In this document: positions 38,801 to 51,079 of the stretch, piece by piece
How the letters are laid out: every line of letters starts with the position of its first letter
Position numbering within the stretch: the stretch's first letter is position 1
The notes under the pieces: model-generated
The model's database searches: none
What the model saw: only the letters and a program-made list of their open reading frames with translations
Told to the model about the DNA's origin: nothing
Assembly (NCBI RefSeq): GCF_963921235.1
Contig: NC_086097.1
Span: 28,708,001-28,772,000 of the forward strand
Direction of reading: 5' to 3'
DNA from: Mobula hypostoma
Lineage: Eukaryota
Length of the DNA: 64,000 bases
Made by a program: the position numbers and the translations under genes

Positions 38801-39720
38801 TGCCTGTCTTTTTGATACAATATCTACCCTTGAATATTAAGCTCCCAACTATAACCTTATTTCAGCCATGACTCAGTGATGCCCACATCATACCTGCTAG
38901 TCTCCAACTGTGCTACAAGATCATCTACATTATTTTGTAACTGCATGCATTCAAATACATTTCCAGTCCTGTATTCATCACCCTTTTCCATTTCATCCCC
39001 GTTACACTGCAACTCATTCCACTTACTGCAGTTTACCCTCACTGGTGCGTGGCACAGGCAGCAATTCAGAGATTACTACCATGGAGGTCCTGCTTTTCAA
39101 CTTTCTACCCAACTCCCTAAATTTGCTCTTCAGGATCTCCTCCCTTTTCCTACTTATGCCATCGGTGCCAATATCTACCAAGACTTCTGGCAGCTCACCT
39201 TCTCCCTTAAGAATGCTGTGGACCCCATCCAAGACAGCCCTGGCCCTGGCACGTGGGAGGCAACATACCATCACAATGTCTCTATCACATTCACAGAATC
39301 TCATGTCTACTCCTCTAACTACGGAATCCCCCATCACCACTGTAATCCGCTCTCCCACCTTCCCTTCTGAGCCACAGTGTTCCCACCTGGTAGATCATTG
39401 CATTGTCCCCCCCACAGTATCTGAAGTACTAGAGTTATTATTATTATTATTATATTATTGAGAACTGCCAGAAGCTTTCTCTGCATTTGCTGCCCATTTC
39501 ATTTCCCTCTCCTGACAGTCACACAGGTACCTGCCTCCTGCAACTTTGGAGTGACCATCTCCCTGTAGCTCCTATTTATCACCTTCTCAGTATCCCATAC
39601 GAGCCAATGATCATTGAGTTGCAGCTCTAGTTCCTTAACACACTCTCTGAGGAGCTGCAGATATGAATATCTGGGAGGCTGGAGGCCTGCCAGAATTCCC
39701 ACATCTCACACAAAGAACAC
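35880..39720 (-). mobile_element. Older CR1 (esterase ORF1 remnant 39023-39358, APE remnants), interrupted by a plus-strand CR1 and a SINE
   Basis: GDSVVRG, CLPRARA and DIGTDG esterase motifs; GITESWL APE motif. Confidence 0.75.
36470..37730 (+). mobile_element. CR1 3' fragment (RT)
   Basis: GSVLGPQMF and SKFADDTKL motifs; CR1 3' tail. Confidence 0.85.
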
Positions 39721-40109
39721 AACACAGCCCCTGGAGCCATCTTCATTGCTCTATGTGCTAACAGAGGAAGACTGAAGAAAACAAAAAGAAACATACCAGA
39801 TACTTACCTCACCCAAGCCTGATGAGCCAAATCCTCCCCACTCCAACACTGGTTCACTGACACAATGGCCACTTCACTTGTCCCTGCCTTATTTTTATTT
39901 GCCCTTGCTAGTGAACAGTGATTTGGTTGAGCCACTGGAAAACACCAAAAGCCCGTGAACACTCCTTTCTAAATCTCACTCACAGACCTGTGACTAGCCT
40001 TCTCTCTCATTCTGGATTCAACTGAGCCACCAAAAAAATTATGTACTGCAATGTACTGCTGCTGCAAAACAAGTTTCATGACAATTGCCAGCGGTATTAA
40101 ACGAGATTC

Positions 40110-40690
40110 TGATTCTGAATCTTAAGCAACACACGCATGCAACCGGGAGAAACTCAGCAAGCCAGGCAGCATCTACAGAGGCAAAACCCAGAAAAAGGTG
40201 GAGGGAAGGAGGGAGGGGGGAGAAGTGCGAGTTGGCTGGTAAGAGGGATGGTGGGTGGGGAGGGGAAATGAAGTGAAAAGCTGTGAGGTGATAGGTGGAA
40301 AAGGTGAAGGGCTGAAGAAAAACGAATATAATAGGAGAGGAAAGTGCAGCATAGAAGAAGTGGAAGGAGTGGCACCAGAGGGAGGGGATGGGTAGATGAA
40401 GAAGAGAAGAGGTGAGAGTGGAACCAGAATGGGGAATGGAAAAAAGAGAGAAGAGGAGGCCGTAATTAGAGGAAATTAGCAAAATAGATGTTCATGTCAT
40501 CAGCTTGGAGGCTATCCAGAGGGAATAGGTGTTGCTCCTCCAGCCTAAGTACGGCCCCATCGAGCAATAGAGGATGCATGTAGGAATGGGAAGTTGAACT
40601 AAAATGGGTGGCCACCGGGAGATTCTGCCTTTAGCAGAAGACGAAGCAAAGATGCTCAATGAACTGGTCCTCCAATCTTCATCAGGTCTC
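40110..40690 (-). mobile_element. Old Penelope-like fragment
   Basis: Shared terminal and GIY-YIG-derived sequence. Confidence 0.65.
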
Positions 40691-41984
40691 ACAAAGGGCA
40701 CAGAAGGTGACCCTGACAGGTGTACAAGTGATGTCACCTCAGAGACCCTGAATGGTAGAGGGAAAATATGTAGAGATAAGTGCATTTGTCACACTGATTT
40801 TAAGCACCTCTTCCAAATCTGTTAGCCTAGCCTTCTTCTGATTCAAGGAAATCACCCTCCGTTAATGCATCAGACTGCAATTTCCACTGCTAAAGTTTGA
40901 CAAGTTTTGTTCCTGTTGGCCACAATGTGCTAGATATACCACTGATCAGCGGGCTGCTGAACATAATGGGTGCCAGCTCTAAAAATCTGCTATTACAGGG
41001 GTCTATGGACATCATCTTTAGCTGGGAGATCAGCGGCCAGGACAAACAGTTAAGTTCAGTGCAGGTTAGGGCACTTCTGACCATGGGAGTGGTATGATGC
41101 GTAGTGGTTAACACATCACTTTATAGCACCAACTGTTCAATTCCCACCAGTGCCTGTAAGGAGTTGGCATGTTTTCCCTCTAAACGCATGGGATTCCTCT
41201 GGCTGCTACAGTTTCCTCCCACATTCCAAAGACAGATCAGTAAGGGCCTGTTATGTGCTGTATCTCTAAATTTTTAAAAAACTGGCTAGTCCTGTCCACA
41301 ATGTTGCTCTGAGAGTTGCTGTCTGAAGTACTGTCTGTGAAAGCTATCAGTGATATAGAATATTTAACATTCTAATAAGCTCAAAACTCAGAACTAAAAT
41401 TATAAAACAAGTAAAACATTACATACTGTCAAATTCCAATAAATCAAAAAGGAAATGAGTGATAATACTTTGGTACAGTGTAGCCCTCTGGGCAGAGAGC
41501 ATCACGCCATTCATTATAAAGAACAGATTCATAAACTGAAGTCACAAAGCATCCATGGCGCAATAGCAAATATTTGTAGACAGGACTTTTGCAAACCAAG
41601 GTATTCCCAGCTGCTGTTTTCCTCTGTGTGTGCCAGACTTTCATTTCTCATGTCTTCCATGAAATTTCAAGTTTTCGGTCTGTATTCCTGTTCACATTAT
41701 TCATGTATGTCACAAACAGCTCTAGTAATGAAACTAAACCTCCCAGAAGTCCAAAAATCAGCCATTTACTACAATTCTATACTTGTTAAATGCCAATTTT
41801 ACATCCATTTCAACGAATAAAAAATATACCTGAGACCATCAAAACATTGGCATATACTGGTCTTTTTAGAAGACCAACCATCCTTCACAACTTAATGTCA
41901 ATTAATGCAAAAATCAGCACGCCACAAATACACGCATTAAATGGTTCCATACAACAGATAGAAATACATTACATCAAAGAATTT

Positions 41985-41990
41985 TTTAAT
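41985..41990 (-). terminator. Candidate polyadenylation signal ATTAAA for PPP4R3A (~720 nt 3' UTR)
   Basis: tttaat on the plus strand, followed on the minus strand by a U/GU-rich tract. Confidence 0.5.
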
Positions 41991-42709
41991 GGTCCCAAAT
42001 ATACTTAAACAACTAAGTGTACACTCAAGAAAAAAATTGAAGAAAATGTAAGATATGAAACAAAAATGATCACATCTAGAAATTCCATTCACTTTTTAGT
42101 CAGAAGGGATGAAGGGGATTTCTCAAAAAATTATGCAGTTGTAAAGATCACAGGTTAAAAAGAGAAAATTTGTGTACTCTTAGCCCTCCCCAGAGAGGTT
42201 CCTTTAAAATGCCTTCTTTCATCAGGATCAGCGATGTCCTGAATATACAACGTAAAGGGAAGTCTTTCAACAATGAGAAAAACTGCTGGCATTCCAGGGA
42301 GAAATTACTGCAGGATAACACCATGCTCTCCCAGGCTCCCAAAGACCTACCCAACACACCGATACAGACTCAACCAAAACCAGTCAGTCGTGCTACTTTT
42401 CATAGCACTAGAAAACAAAGATCTCTCCACCCTCATAAGCTGCTGTTTTTGTTTCTTCCTTCCCTGAGAAAGGGGGTAGAGCAAGGTCAAAGCCTGGACA
42501 CACATGGGTAAGAACAAGTCCAAATTCCTTTGTTCTGACGTTTTGTTTTTGCATCCTTTCCCGTTTCAATGGATTGGCACTTGATCAGCAGAATTCCACG
42601 TGTACATTTATCTGTGAGAGGCAACGGTTCAGACACCCTTTTTGTCCTTGAGTCTGGTGATTTTTGCAGGTCAGTGAGAGTCACTGGGCAAGGTTGAAAG
42701 GGATCATCA

Positions 42710-42835
42710 TTAGGATCCAAGCCTGGACTTCTTTGTTAAAGGTGCTGACTGCTCTTTCTCCTCACCATCTTCCTCCTCCTCTTCCTCCTCCTCATCATCG
42801 TCATCTGGGTAATCTACAAGACCGATTAGACCACC
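42710..42835 (-). CDS. PPP4R3A: PPP4R3A terminal coding exon, GGLIGLVDYPDDDD(E)nDGEEKEQSAPLTKKSRLGS*
   Basis: tccag acceptor; conserved GLVDYPDD motif, acidic tract and basic tail; TAA at 42712-42710. Confidence 0.93.
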   Translation of the reverse strand, partial: GGLIGLVDYPDDDDEEEEEEEEDGEEKEQSAPLTKKSRLGS

Positions 42836-42940
42836 CTGGACAAGAAATAAAAAGTTACTGCATCGCAAGAAACATCATTCTAATCTCAAAATTTGTTCTG
42901 AACATGTGTTGGGAAATCTGATGAAAGTTATTAGTAAATA

Positions 42941-44354
42941 CAGTGGATTCTGGTTAATTGGGCCATCAGTTAGTTAGGCAGCTGCTTATTTGGGACACTA
43001 TACCACTTAATCGGAACATTGACTATTGGTGAAGAGTTTCCAACTAGCGTCAGTCGTATGCACTTAGACCATAACATAAAGGAGCAGAATTAGGTCAATG
43101 GCCCATCAAGTTTGCTCTGCCATTTCATCACGGCTGATTCATTTTCCCTCTCAGCCCCAATCTGCCTTCCCCCCTTATCCTTTCATGTTCTGACCAACCC
43201 AGAATCTATCAACCTCTGCCTTAAATACACAAAGACTTGGCCTCCACAACTGCCCGTGACAACAAATTCCACAGATTCACCATTCTCTGGCTAAAGAAAT
43301 TCCTCCTCATCTCTGTTCTGTGTCCTTTGGACATAGACTCTCCCACCACAGGAAATATCCTCTCCACATCCACCATCAGGGCCTTTCACCCTTTGCTAGG
43401 TTTCAATTAGGTTGCCCCTCATTTTTTTGAATTATAGTAAACACAGGCTCAGAGCCATCAACTCTTAATATGACAAGCTGTTCAATCCTGGAATCATTTT
43501 TGTGAATCTCCTTTGAACCCTCTCCAGTTTCAGCACATCCTTTCACAATACTCCAAGTGAGGCCCCGCCAGTGCTTTATAAAGTCTCAACATTAATCATT
43601 GCTTTATATTCTTGTCTTCTTGAAATGGATGCTAACATTGCATTTGCCTTCCTCACCACAGACTCAACCTGCAAATTAACCTTTAGGAAACCCTGCACAA
43701 GGACACTTGTGTGGCCATTGTGTGGCTACACTGTACTTGAAGCAAACAGATTTTAAATAGTGTCAGTTGTGTGTGATAGTGTTCAAAAGCAGTGATTTTT
43801 GACACTGATATTTGGCGAGAAATGAGCCTTAAGAGAATTCAGAACTGTTTTGCTCAGTGTGGTTTCAAGCATTGAGGCTTGCAGATACCAGAAATGGCTG
43901 GGAGTAAAAATGAAATGATTTCAGTACTTAAACAAGTTAGGAACTAGAACCACAAAGAATTTGAAGGTATTGACAATCACCTTGCATGAAAATGAAGATT
44001 TGGAGGATGCAATTGTCGAGGCATTGCATGAAGGCAGTCCATTATCTGTACTAGGTGTCAGTGCTGATTTTGTTCATTTACAGTCAATCAAAAGTACATG
44101 TACACTGGACGAATTCCTCTGTCAATAACTATTAGGAATTATTACAGTTTTGTAGTACTGTAGTAGTATTGGTAGTGCTCTAATTTGTTCTGTTTCATTG
44201 AAATACTTAAGTTGTAACTCAGTTAAAAAGTTATTTTTTAAAAAGTCAAACTACCATTTAACTATTTCCATGAAACTTTGGTTAACTGGGGTAGTTGCTT
44301 AACTGGGCCAAAATGTACAGGTCCTGATGTGTTCCAATTAATCAGAATCCACTG
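42941..44354. mobile_element. Tc1/mariner-superfamily (Tigger/pogo-like) non-autonomous element in the last PPP4R3A intron, with a nested CR1 tail (43066-43703)
   Basis: TIRs cagtggattctg(g/a)ttaattgg with TA on both sides; the nested piece is flanked by a duplicated cactt. Confidence 0.8.
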
Positions 44355-45041
44355 TATTAAATATAGCACTGGTCTTAGAACCATCTCATTCAGGAATACA
44401 TTATGATAAGGTGTATGAGGTTTAGAGGGTTTCTGAGGAAGAATTTTTTTCCACTCAAAAGGGCAGGTGGAACAAAGCGCCTGATGGAGTGGTGGAGGTA
44501 GAGACTCTCATAACATTTAACGGTCTTTGCAAGCACTTGATTTGCCAACACACAGGTCAGACCAAGGACTGGTAAATGGGATTCATGTAGCTAGGATTTG
44601 ATGGTCAGCACTGAGGTGGTGTTTCAAAGGGCCTGTTTCATTTGTAATTATGGATGAGGTTGGCCATTCAGCCCATCTTTGCTCCTGTATTCCTGAGAGT
44701 TCTGAAGTCTAGTCACCGGAGCAGTCACTTTTTCTTAACCCAGTGGATGCATAGTTGGTTGACATTGTTCAGTCAATAATTTGAAAGAAAGAAACACAAA
44801 TTAACTCAATAGACAAGCAAGTATTAATCCCAAGTAGCACTGATTAAAGATTCAGAGATAATGTGTTTAGTAACACTTCAGTTAATCCATTGATAGTGTC
44901 TTCACCCAGGGGCTTTCCTCTTCATTTTGTCCTTTGCTGAGTCAACCCCAATTTCAATTCAAGATGAGCGATAAGAATGTAGTAGTAATTCAGCCTGAAG
45001 TAGTTTCATGATTTAAGAAATCATTTACATCCAACATATAC

Positions 45042-45271
45042 CTTGGTTGTAATAGCTGCCATGTGAGGTGTGCTTTTGGCAATTGTTCCGGGTGAGCCAG
45101 GAGACCCCGGAGAGCCTGGAGACCCAGGTGAGTTGCTTGAGGCTGACTGGCTAGTGAGGCTGGACTTGCTGCTGCTGCTGCTGGTACTGGAGAAGGAGAG
45201 CTTGAAACTGGGACTCTGTCTTCCTGTCAGAGTGCTCTTTGTTAGGACCTCCTTCTCATCTCCATCCTTCA
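45042..45271 (-). CDS. PPP4R3A: PPP4R3A penultimate exon, Ser-rich with SPG repeats ([11 protein letters not shown]...[12 protein letters not shown]...AAITTK)
   Basis: ttttag acceptor, 230 nt, AAG|GTATAT donor. The [10 protein letters not shown] and (SPG)n motifs are typical of SMEK1 rather than SMEK2. Confidence 0.95.
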
Positions 45272-46869
45272 CTAAAAGATAAGTCCAAAATTTAAATGGA
45301 ATAAAATTACAACAGTACCTTACAGTATCATCTTTACTACATAATAATAATTACAACCTTAATACATAAAACATGGATTTGTATGTATATTAAGGAATTT
45401 CCCCAAAACAGAATCGAGACAAATTTAACAATGGAATTCAACCACGACCATTAATGAACAAATCAACTCCATCTTCAATTCAGATCAAGGACCGATATTG
45501 CAGCAATGAAGCCAAAAATAGACTCATGTTCAAAATGAACTGCAAACTTGAATCTGGTTTCAAAAAGAAAAATCTCTGACATTAGAGAATTTCTAAACCA
45601 AGACAGAATCAGAAACCCCACCTCCCACCACTGTATTAATCAGATTCCTTTCAGTACATTGGCCCTTACAATAATCTGTGCCATTGGTATGCCTGACCTC
45701 AGCTTTGGTTCAACATATTAAATTTAACTTGAGATGTAATCTGTGGTTTTACATTTACAGTTCAGAATGGAACTTCCATTCTACAATATCTTGCTTTCCA
45801 TTTTCCCCCCATTCTCTTACCACTCTTAGGTGTTAATGTGTGCAGTTTGATAGATGTCAACAGTATTGCTTGCCCATGACTCAATAGTCAATCATCCCAA
45901 AGATAAAGTTTAGTTTTATCTGTCACATGTACATCAGTGAAGTGTGTTGTTTTGCATCAAATCAAATCAGAGAGCAGCTTGGGGCAGCTCACAAGTGTCA
46001 ATGGATTTCCCACAACTCACTAGCCATAACCTTTAGGAACATGGGAGGTAATCTGAGCACCCACAGTAAAACACAGAAACTTCTTACAGACAGCGGCAGG
46101 AATTGAATGCAAACAATGATCACTGGCATTTTAACTTGATTAACTGTGCTACTGTGCAGATTTTAACAGGTGGTCAAAGGATTGGGGTTTAAAAAAAAAT
46201 CAAAGCCAAGGCCCAGCAGAAGCCAAAAAGGGTCTTGGAAGTCTTCGTGCAGGATTCCATAAAGGTTAACTTGCAGATTGAGTCAGTAGTAAAGAAGGCA
46301 AGTGCAATGTTAGCATTCATTTTGAGAATAAAATATAAAAGCAAGGGTGTAATGCTAAAGCTTTATAAGGCATTGGTCAGACTGCACTTGGGAGTGTACG
46401 TATGAGGAACATTTGATGGCTCTGGGTCTGCAGGGGTGATTCTCATTGACACCCATTGAATATTGAAAGGCATAGATAGAGTGGATGTGGAGAGGATGTT
46501 TCTTATAGTTGAGGAATCTAGGAGAATGAGGTTGAGAGGAATAACAAATCAGCCAGGATGGAAATGCAGTGCAAATCTGATGGGCCAAATGGCCCAAATC
46601 TGTTCCTATGTCATATGGTCTTAAAACACAATCTCACCCATTGTGCCATGAATTCCACAACCACCCCCCTAGAGATGCAAGGCCAGATTTCCAGGCAATT
46701 TTTCAATATATTTTCATTCATGCCTATGACCAAGAGCAGGACATTCATAACCATGAAAGAAATAGCCCTGAATAAACTCTGTAATTGGAACATACTCTCA
46801 GATTAACAGACACTTGTACTTTGATGTCAAGCAAACCAGAAAGAAACATTAATTGCCAGATTTTCATAC

Positions 46870-47060
46870 ATTTTTTCCTCTCCATAAATTTGCCGAAATG
46901 ATCCATGATTTCGTCATCATTTTTTGACTTATCAGAAGGTAATAGTACTGGCTCTCCATCTTCCAATTCGTCCTCATCTGTGTTGAACCACATCTCCTCC
47001 TCTTCCTCCAGGGTGCGGGCATCTCTTCGGTACCTGTTATTTCGCAAGATGGAACGCATA
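46870..47060 (-). CDS. PPP4R3A: PPP4R3A exon, [63 protein letters not shown](L)
   Basis: tttag acceptor, 191 nt, GTATGA donor; phase-consistent. Confidence 0.95.
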
Positions 47061-47897
47061 CTAAATTCCAAAGAGGGATAAAAAGAGGCATTAGTGCACT
47101 CTTATAGAGTCGGGATCACAATTTTAAAGACCTGGTTGAAGTATGATTAAATCCATTGAAAGTCCCAATCCCACTAATGCAACAAGAATTTCAATTCAGT
47201 TGAAAAAGATCTGGAAGTAAACTGTTGACATTATGAGAAGGGACTAGACTGCTATATAATATCTGCAATTGGCCAGCTAGTATATTTTAGACTAGAGAAG
47301 TTATTGCCTTTACGTGGTCTGACCCATCATATTGCTAGCCCAATATAGCTTGGCTTTGACTCTACGTAATGCTAATACGTGATTTTGGTTGCATTCAAAC
47401 ATAGTTTCTCCCAGCATGCATTTGTACGTTGTTTTAAGCTATTCCAACAACATTCTAAATTCCACTTTTGATTATCACCCATCTCAACTTTTAATGATAA
47501 GACCGTAAGACATAGGAGCAGAATCAGCCCATTCAGCTCATTGAGTCTGTTCCACCATCCCATTATGGCAAATTTATTATTCCTCTCAACCCCATTCTCC
47601 TGCCTCTCCCTGTAGCCTTTGATGCCCTTACTAATCAAGAACTTAACAATCTCCACTTTAAATACAGCCAATGACTTGGCCGTCTGTGGCAATGAATTCC
47701 CTCTGGCTAAAGAAATTCCACCTCATCTCTGTTCTAAAGAACATCTTGGTATCTGAGGCTGTCCCTCTGTTCTGAAACTCCCTGACTCACTTCCCTGGTT
47801 CCTTTGCTTTTAATCACATTTTTTTGCCCAATGCTTTCTGCCTTTTAACATCGCCTATTAAAGAAAATAAACAACACATTTAAGGAAAAAGCTTCAC

Positions 47898-48040
47898 CTG
47901 TCAAGTTTTGGATTATCCTGTCTTTCCCTTTGTTGCTCATAACGCAATTTCAACCCTTTGAATGTCTGCACATAATCCACGTCTTCAAGGGCTTTCCAGT
48001 AATTTTCTATGACATGAGCTGTTAGGGACTTGATATCTTC
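47898..48040 (-). CDS. PPP4R3A: PPP4R3A exon, [47 protein letters not shown](S)
   Basis: cacag acceptor, 143 nt, AG|GTGAAG donor; phase-consistent. Confidence 0.95.
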
Positions 48041-49131
48041 CTGTGTATCAGAAGACACTACTTTAACCAGTAATATAAACTGTATAAACACAAGAGAATC
48101 TGCAGATGCTGGGAATCCAGAGCAATACACAAAAATGCTGGAGCAACTCAGCAGGTCAGGCAGCATCTATGGAGGGGAATAAGCAGTTGATGTTTTGGGC
48201 TGAGACTAATAAAAGATTCCCGAGTTCCTCCAGCATTTTGTGTGTTGCTCTAGATAAAATATATAACTTTCTGGAATAACAGTATTAAGACCATATTTAG
48301 TGCACCAATAAACCTTGGATTTTAAGAGGTCTAAGTGGGACTACAAAATTTGGAGACTAACACGATTTCTATATAAAAAACTACTGAATCTCCTAAGTGC
48401 AAGTACTAAATACATAAACTTCTAAGATTATGAAAGGCTAAGAAGGGTTATGGTCCAGGTGCAGGTTGATGGGCCCAGGCAGAATAAGAGTTCGGCACAG
48501 ACTAGATGGACTGAAGGGCCTGTTTCTATGCTGTAGTGCTCTATGACTCAAAACGGTATTTTTTTGTTATTATTCCAGACTAGCAGCATTAATGACATTT
48601 TCTCTACTGTTATCATAAAACAAATTTGAATGGAAAATTCTACTCCAAAATTTGCCTTCAATAATGGACAACAAAAATACACACCCCTTAGCTTTAACTC
48701 CTCTGTGTGCCAAGGATGCCTCGCCTGACTCCATGAAGAGAGTAGTGGGCTCAGCCTAATACATCACAGGTACATCCCTTCCCACCATTGGCAGTATCTA
48801 CAGGAGGCAGTACCCCAATAAGACAAGATCCACCATTAAAGATCCCATCCTAGTTCGGACCATGCCACCTTCTTGCAGCTACCTTTGGGCAAGAGGTACA
48901 GAAACCTAAAGACCCAAACCATCAAGTACTAATGAAGGGTCTCAGCCCAAAATGTCAACTGTTTATTACCCTACACTGATGCTGCCTGACCTAATGAGTT
49001 TCTTGGTGACAAAGGTGAGGATGGTATTGCCATTTCCTGACTAACATGGGGCACACAAAATATGGAAAAGACCTATTCCTTAGCAGGCTGCTTTCAATGT
49101 GTAACTGTGATGGGATTGACAGTGCAACATA

Positions 49132-49646
49132 CACTCAGTGGCCACTTTATTTGGTCCGGAGTGGAATCCATGATCTTCTGCTGCTATAGCCCATCCACTT
49201 CAAGATTTGATGTGTTGTGCATTCAGAGATGCTCTTCTGCACACCACTGTTGTAACACGTGGTTACTTGAGTTACTGTGTCCTTCTGGCCTTATGGTGTT
49301 CTGTCAGTTTAAACAAGTTTGGTCATTGTCTATTAACCTCATTTATTAACAAGTCATTTTTACCCACAGAATTGCCAGTCACTGGATGCTTTTTTGTTTT
49401 TTGCATTAATCTCTGTAAACTCTAGAGAATGTTGAGCATAAAGAATAGCAGTTGTCTGAAATACTCAAACCACTATCTGCCACCAACAATCATTCCACAG
49501 TCACTTAATCACATTTCCTCCCCCCTTCTGATATTTGGTCTGAACAAGAATTGAACCACTTAGGCACGTCTGCATGTTTTTATGCACTGAGTTGCTGCCA
49601 CATATTTGTATTAATGAGATGTACCTAATAAAGTGGCCATTGAGTG
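49132..49646. mobile_element. Tc1-like MITE
   Basis: TIRs cactcagtggccactttatt / aataaagtggccattgagtg; TA on the left, decayed on the right. Confidence 0.8.
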
Positions 49647-49712
49647 TTAAGTGAGAATGTCTTGGTCCTCCCCTTCCCAGTTTTAAATCTCTTATTAGCT
49701 CTTTCTTTAGTT

Positions 49713-49748
49713 AGTCCTGATGAAGGGTCTCGGCCTGAAACGTCGACT
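49713..49748 (+). ncRNA. Minimal type I hammerhead ribozyme, intact core, in a Penelope terminal fragment (~49665-49812)
   Basis: agtc-CTGATGA-agg gtctcgg cct-GAAA-cGTC-gact; predicted cleavage after C49744. Confidence 0.8.
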
Positions 49749-50389
49749 GTACATCTTCCTAGAGATGCTGCCTGGCCTGCTGCGTTCACCAGCAACTTTT
49801 GATGTGTGTTGTCTGGTTTGTTTGTTTGTTTGTTTATTTATTTATTTATTGAGATACAGCATGGAATGGGCCCTTTAGGCCACACCATCCAGCAATACCC
49901 CCAATTTTAATCCCAGCAGAATCACAGGACTATTTACAATGCCCAATTAACCCACCAACTGGTACACTGTTAGACTGCGGGAGGAAACTGGAACATCCAG
50001 AGTAAACCCAGGGAGAATGTACAAACTCCTTACAGGCAGCAGTGGGAATTGAACCCAAGTCACCTGTACTGTAAACTGTTGTGCTAACCACTACACTACC
50101 GTGTTCAATGCTTCTCTAACATCGTGGTCAAATTTGTGCAGAAATCAGGGAGATGAACTCAAGTGACATTATGTAAACCAGTCTCACATCCACTGATACC
50201 ATTTACACTTACTGCTATCTCAGGAAAACATTCAATGCAATCAAGGACACTGCCACCTTTCTACCCCTCAGATGGGCTGAAAATACAAAAGCTTGAAAGC
50301 CTGAACTACCAGGCTCAAGGATAGATCCTATCCCACTGTTGTAAGTCTTGAATGCTACCAAAAAAATTGACAAAGGTTTTGGAGTGATG

Positions 50390-51000
50390 TAGTGTAAGGC
50401 GTTCAACCAGGTTCTCCATGGTAGGTTCATTTAGAAAGTCAGGAGCCATGGGATCCAGAGGAACTCGGCTGCGTGGATTCAGAATTAGCTTGCCACAGAA
50501 GGCCAAGGATGGTTGTAGATGGAGCGCATTGTGCCTGGTGTCAGCGACCAGTGGTGTTCTGCGGGGATCTGTCCTCAGACCTGCGGTCTTTGTGATTTTC
50601 ATAAATAATTTGGATGAGGAAGTCGAAGTTAGTAAGTTTACAGGTGACACAAAGTTTGGTGGAGTTGTGGATAGTGTAGAAAGTTGTCTTATGTTACAAC
50701 AGGACAATGATAGGATGCAGAGCAGAGCTGAGGGAAGTTGAACTTCAATCCAGAAAAGTGTTCTTTCGTTTTGGAAGGTTGAAGGCAGAGTAAAGGGTTA
50801 ATGGCAGGATGATTGTCAATGTGGAGGAACAAAAGGGTCTGTGTCTATGTCCAAAGATCTCTCAAAGTTGCTGCACATGGATGGAAGAAAAATTGAGGTC
50901 TCTGGGAGGAAAGGGTTAGATTGATGTTGGAGTATGCAAAAAGGTCAGAATAACTTTGTGGACCAAAGAGCCAGTACTGTGCTATACTGTTTTATGGTCT
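50390..51000 (+). mobile_element. Old CR1 RT fragment
   Basis: SGVLRGSVL...SKFTGDTKFGG peptide. Confidence 0.7.
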
Positions 51001-51079
51001 AAAATATTAATTCTTAATCTACCTTGTCATGGCCCTTGCACTTAAATTTCCTGTACCAGCAAAACTATATTCTGTATTC

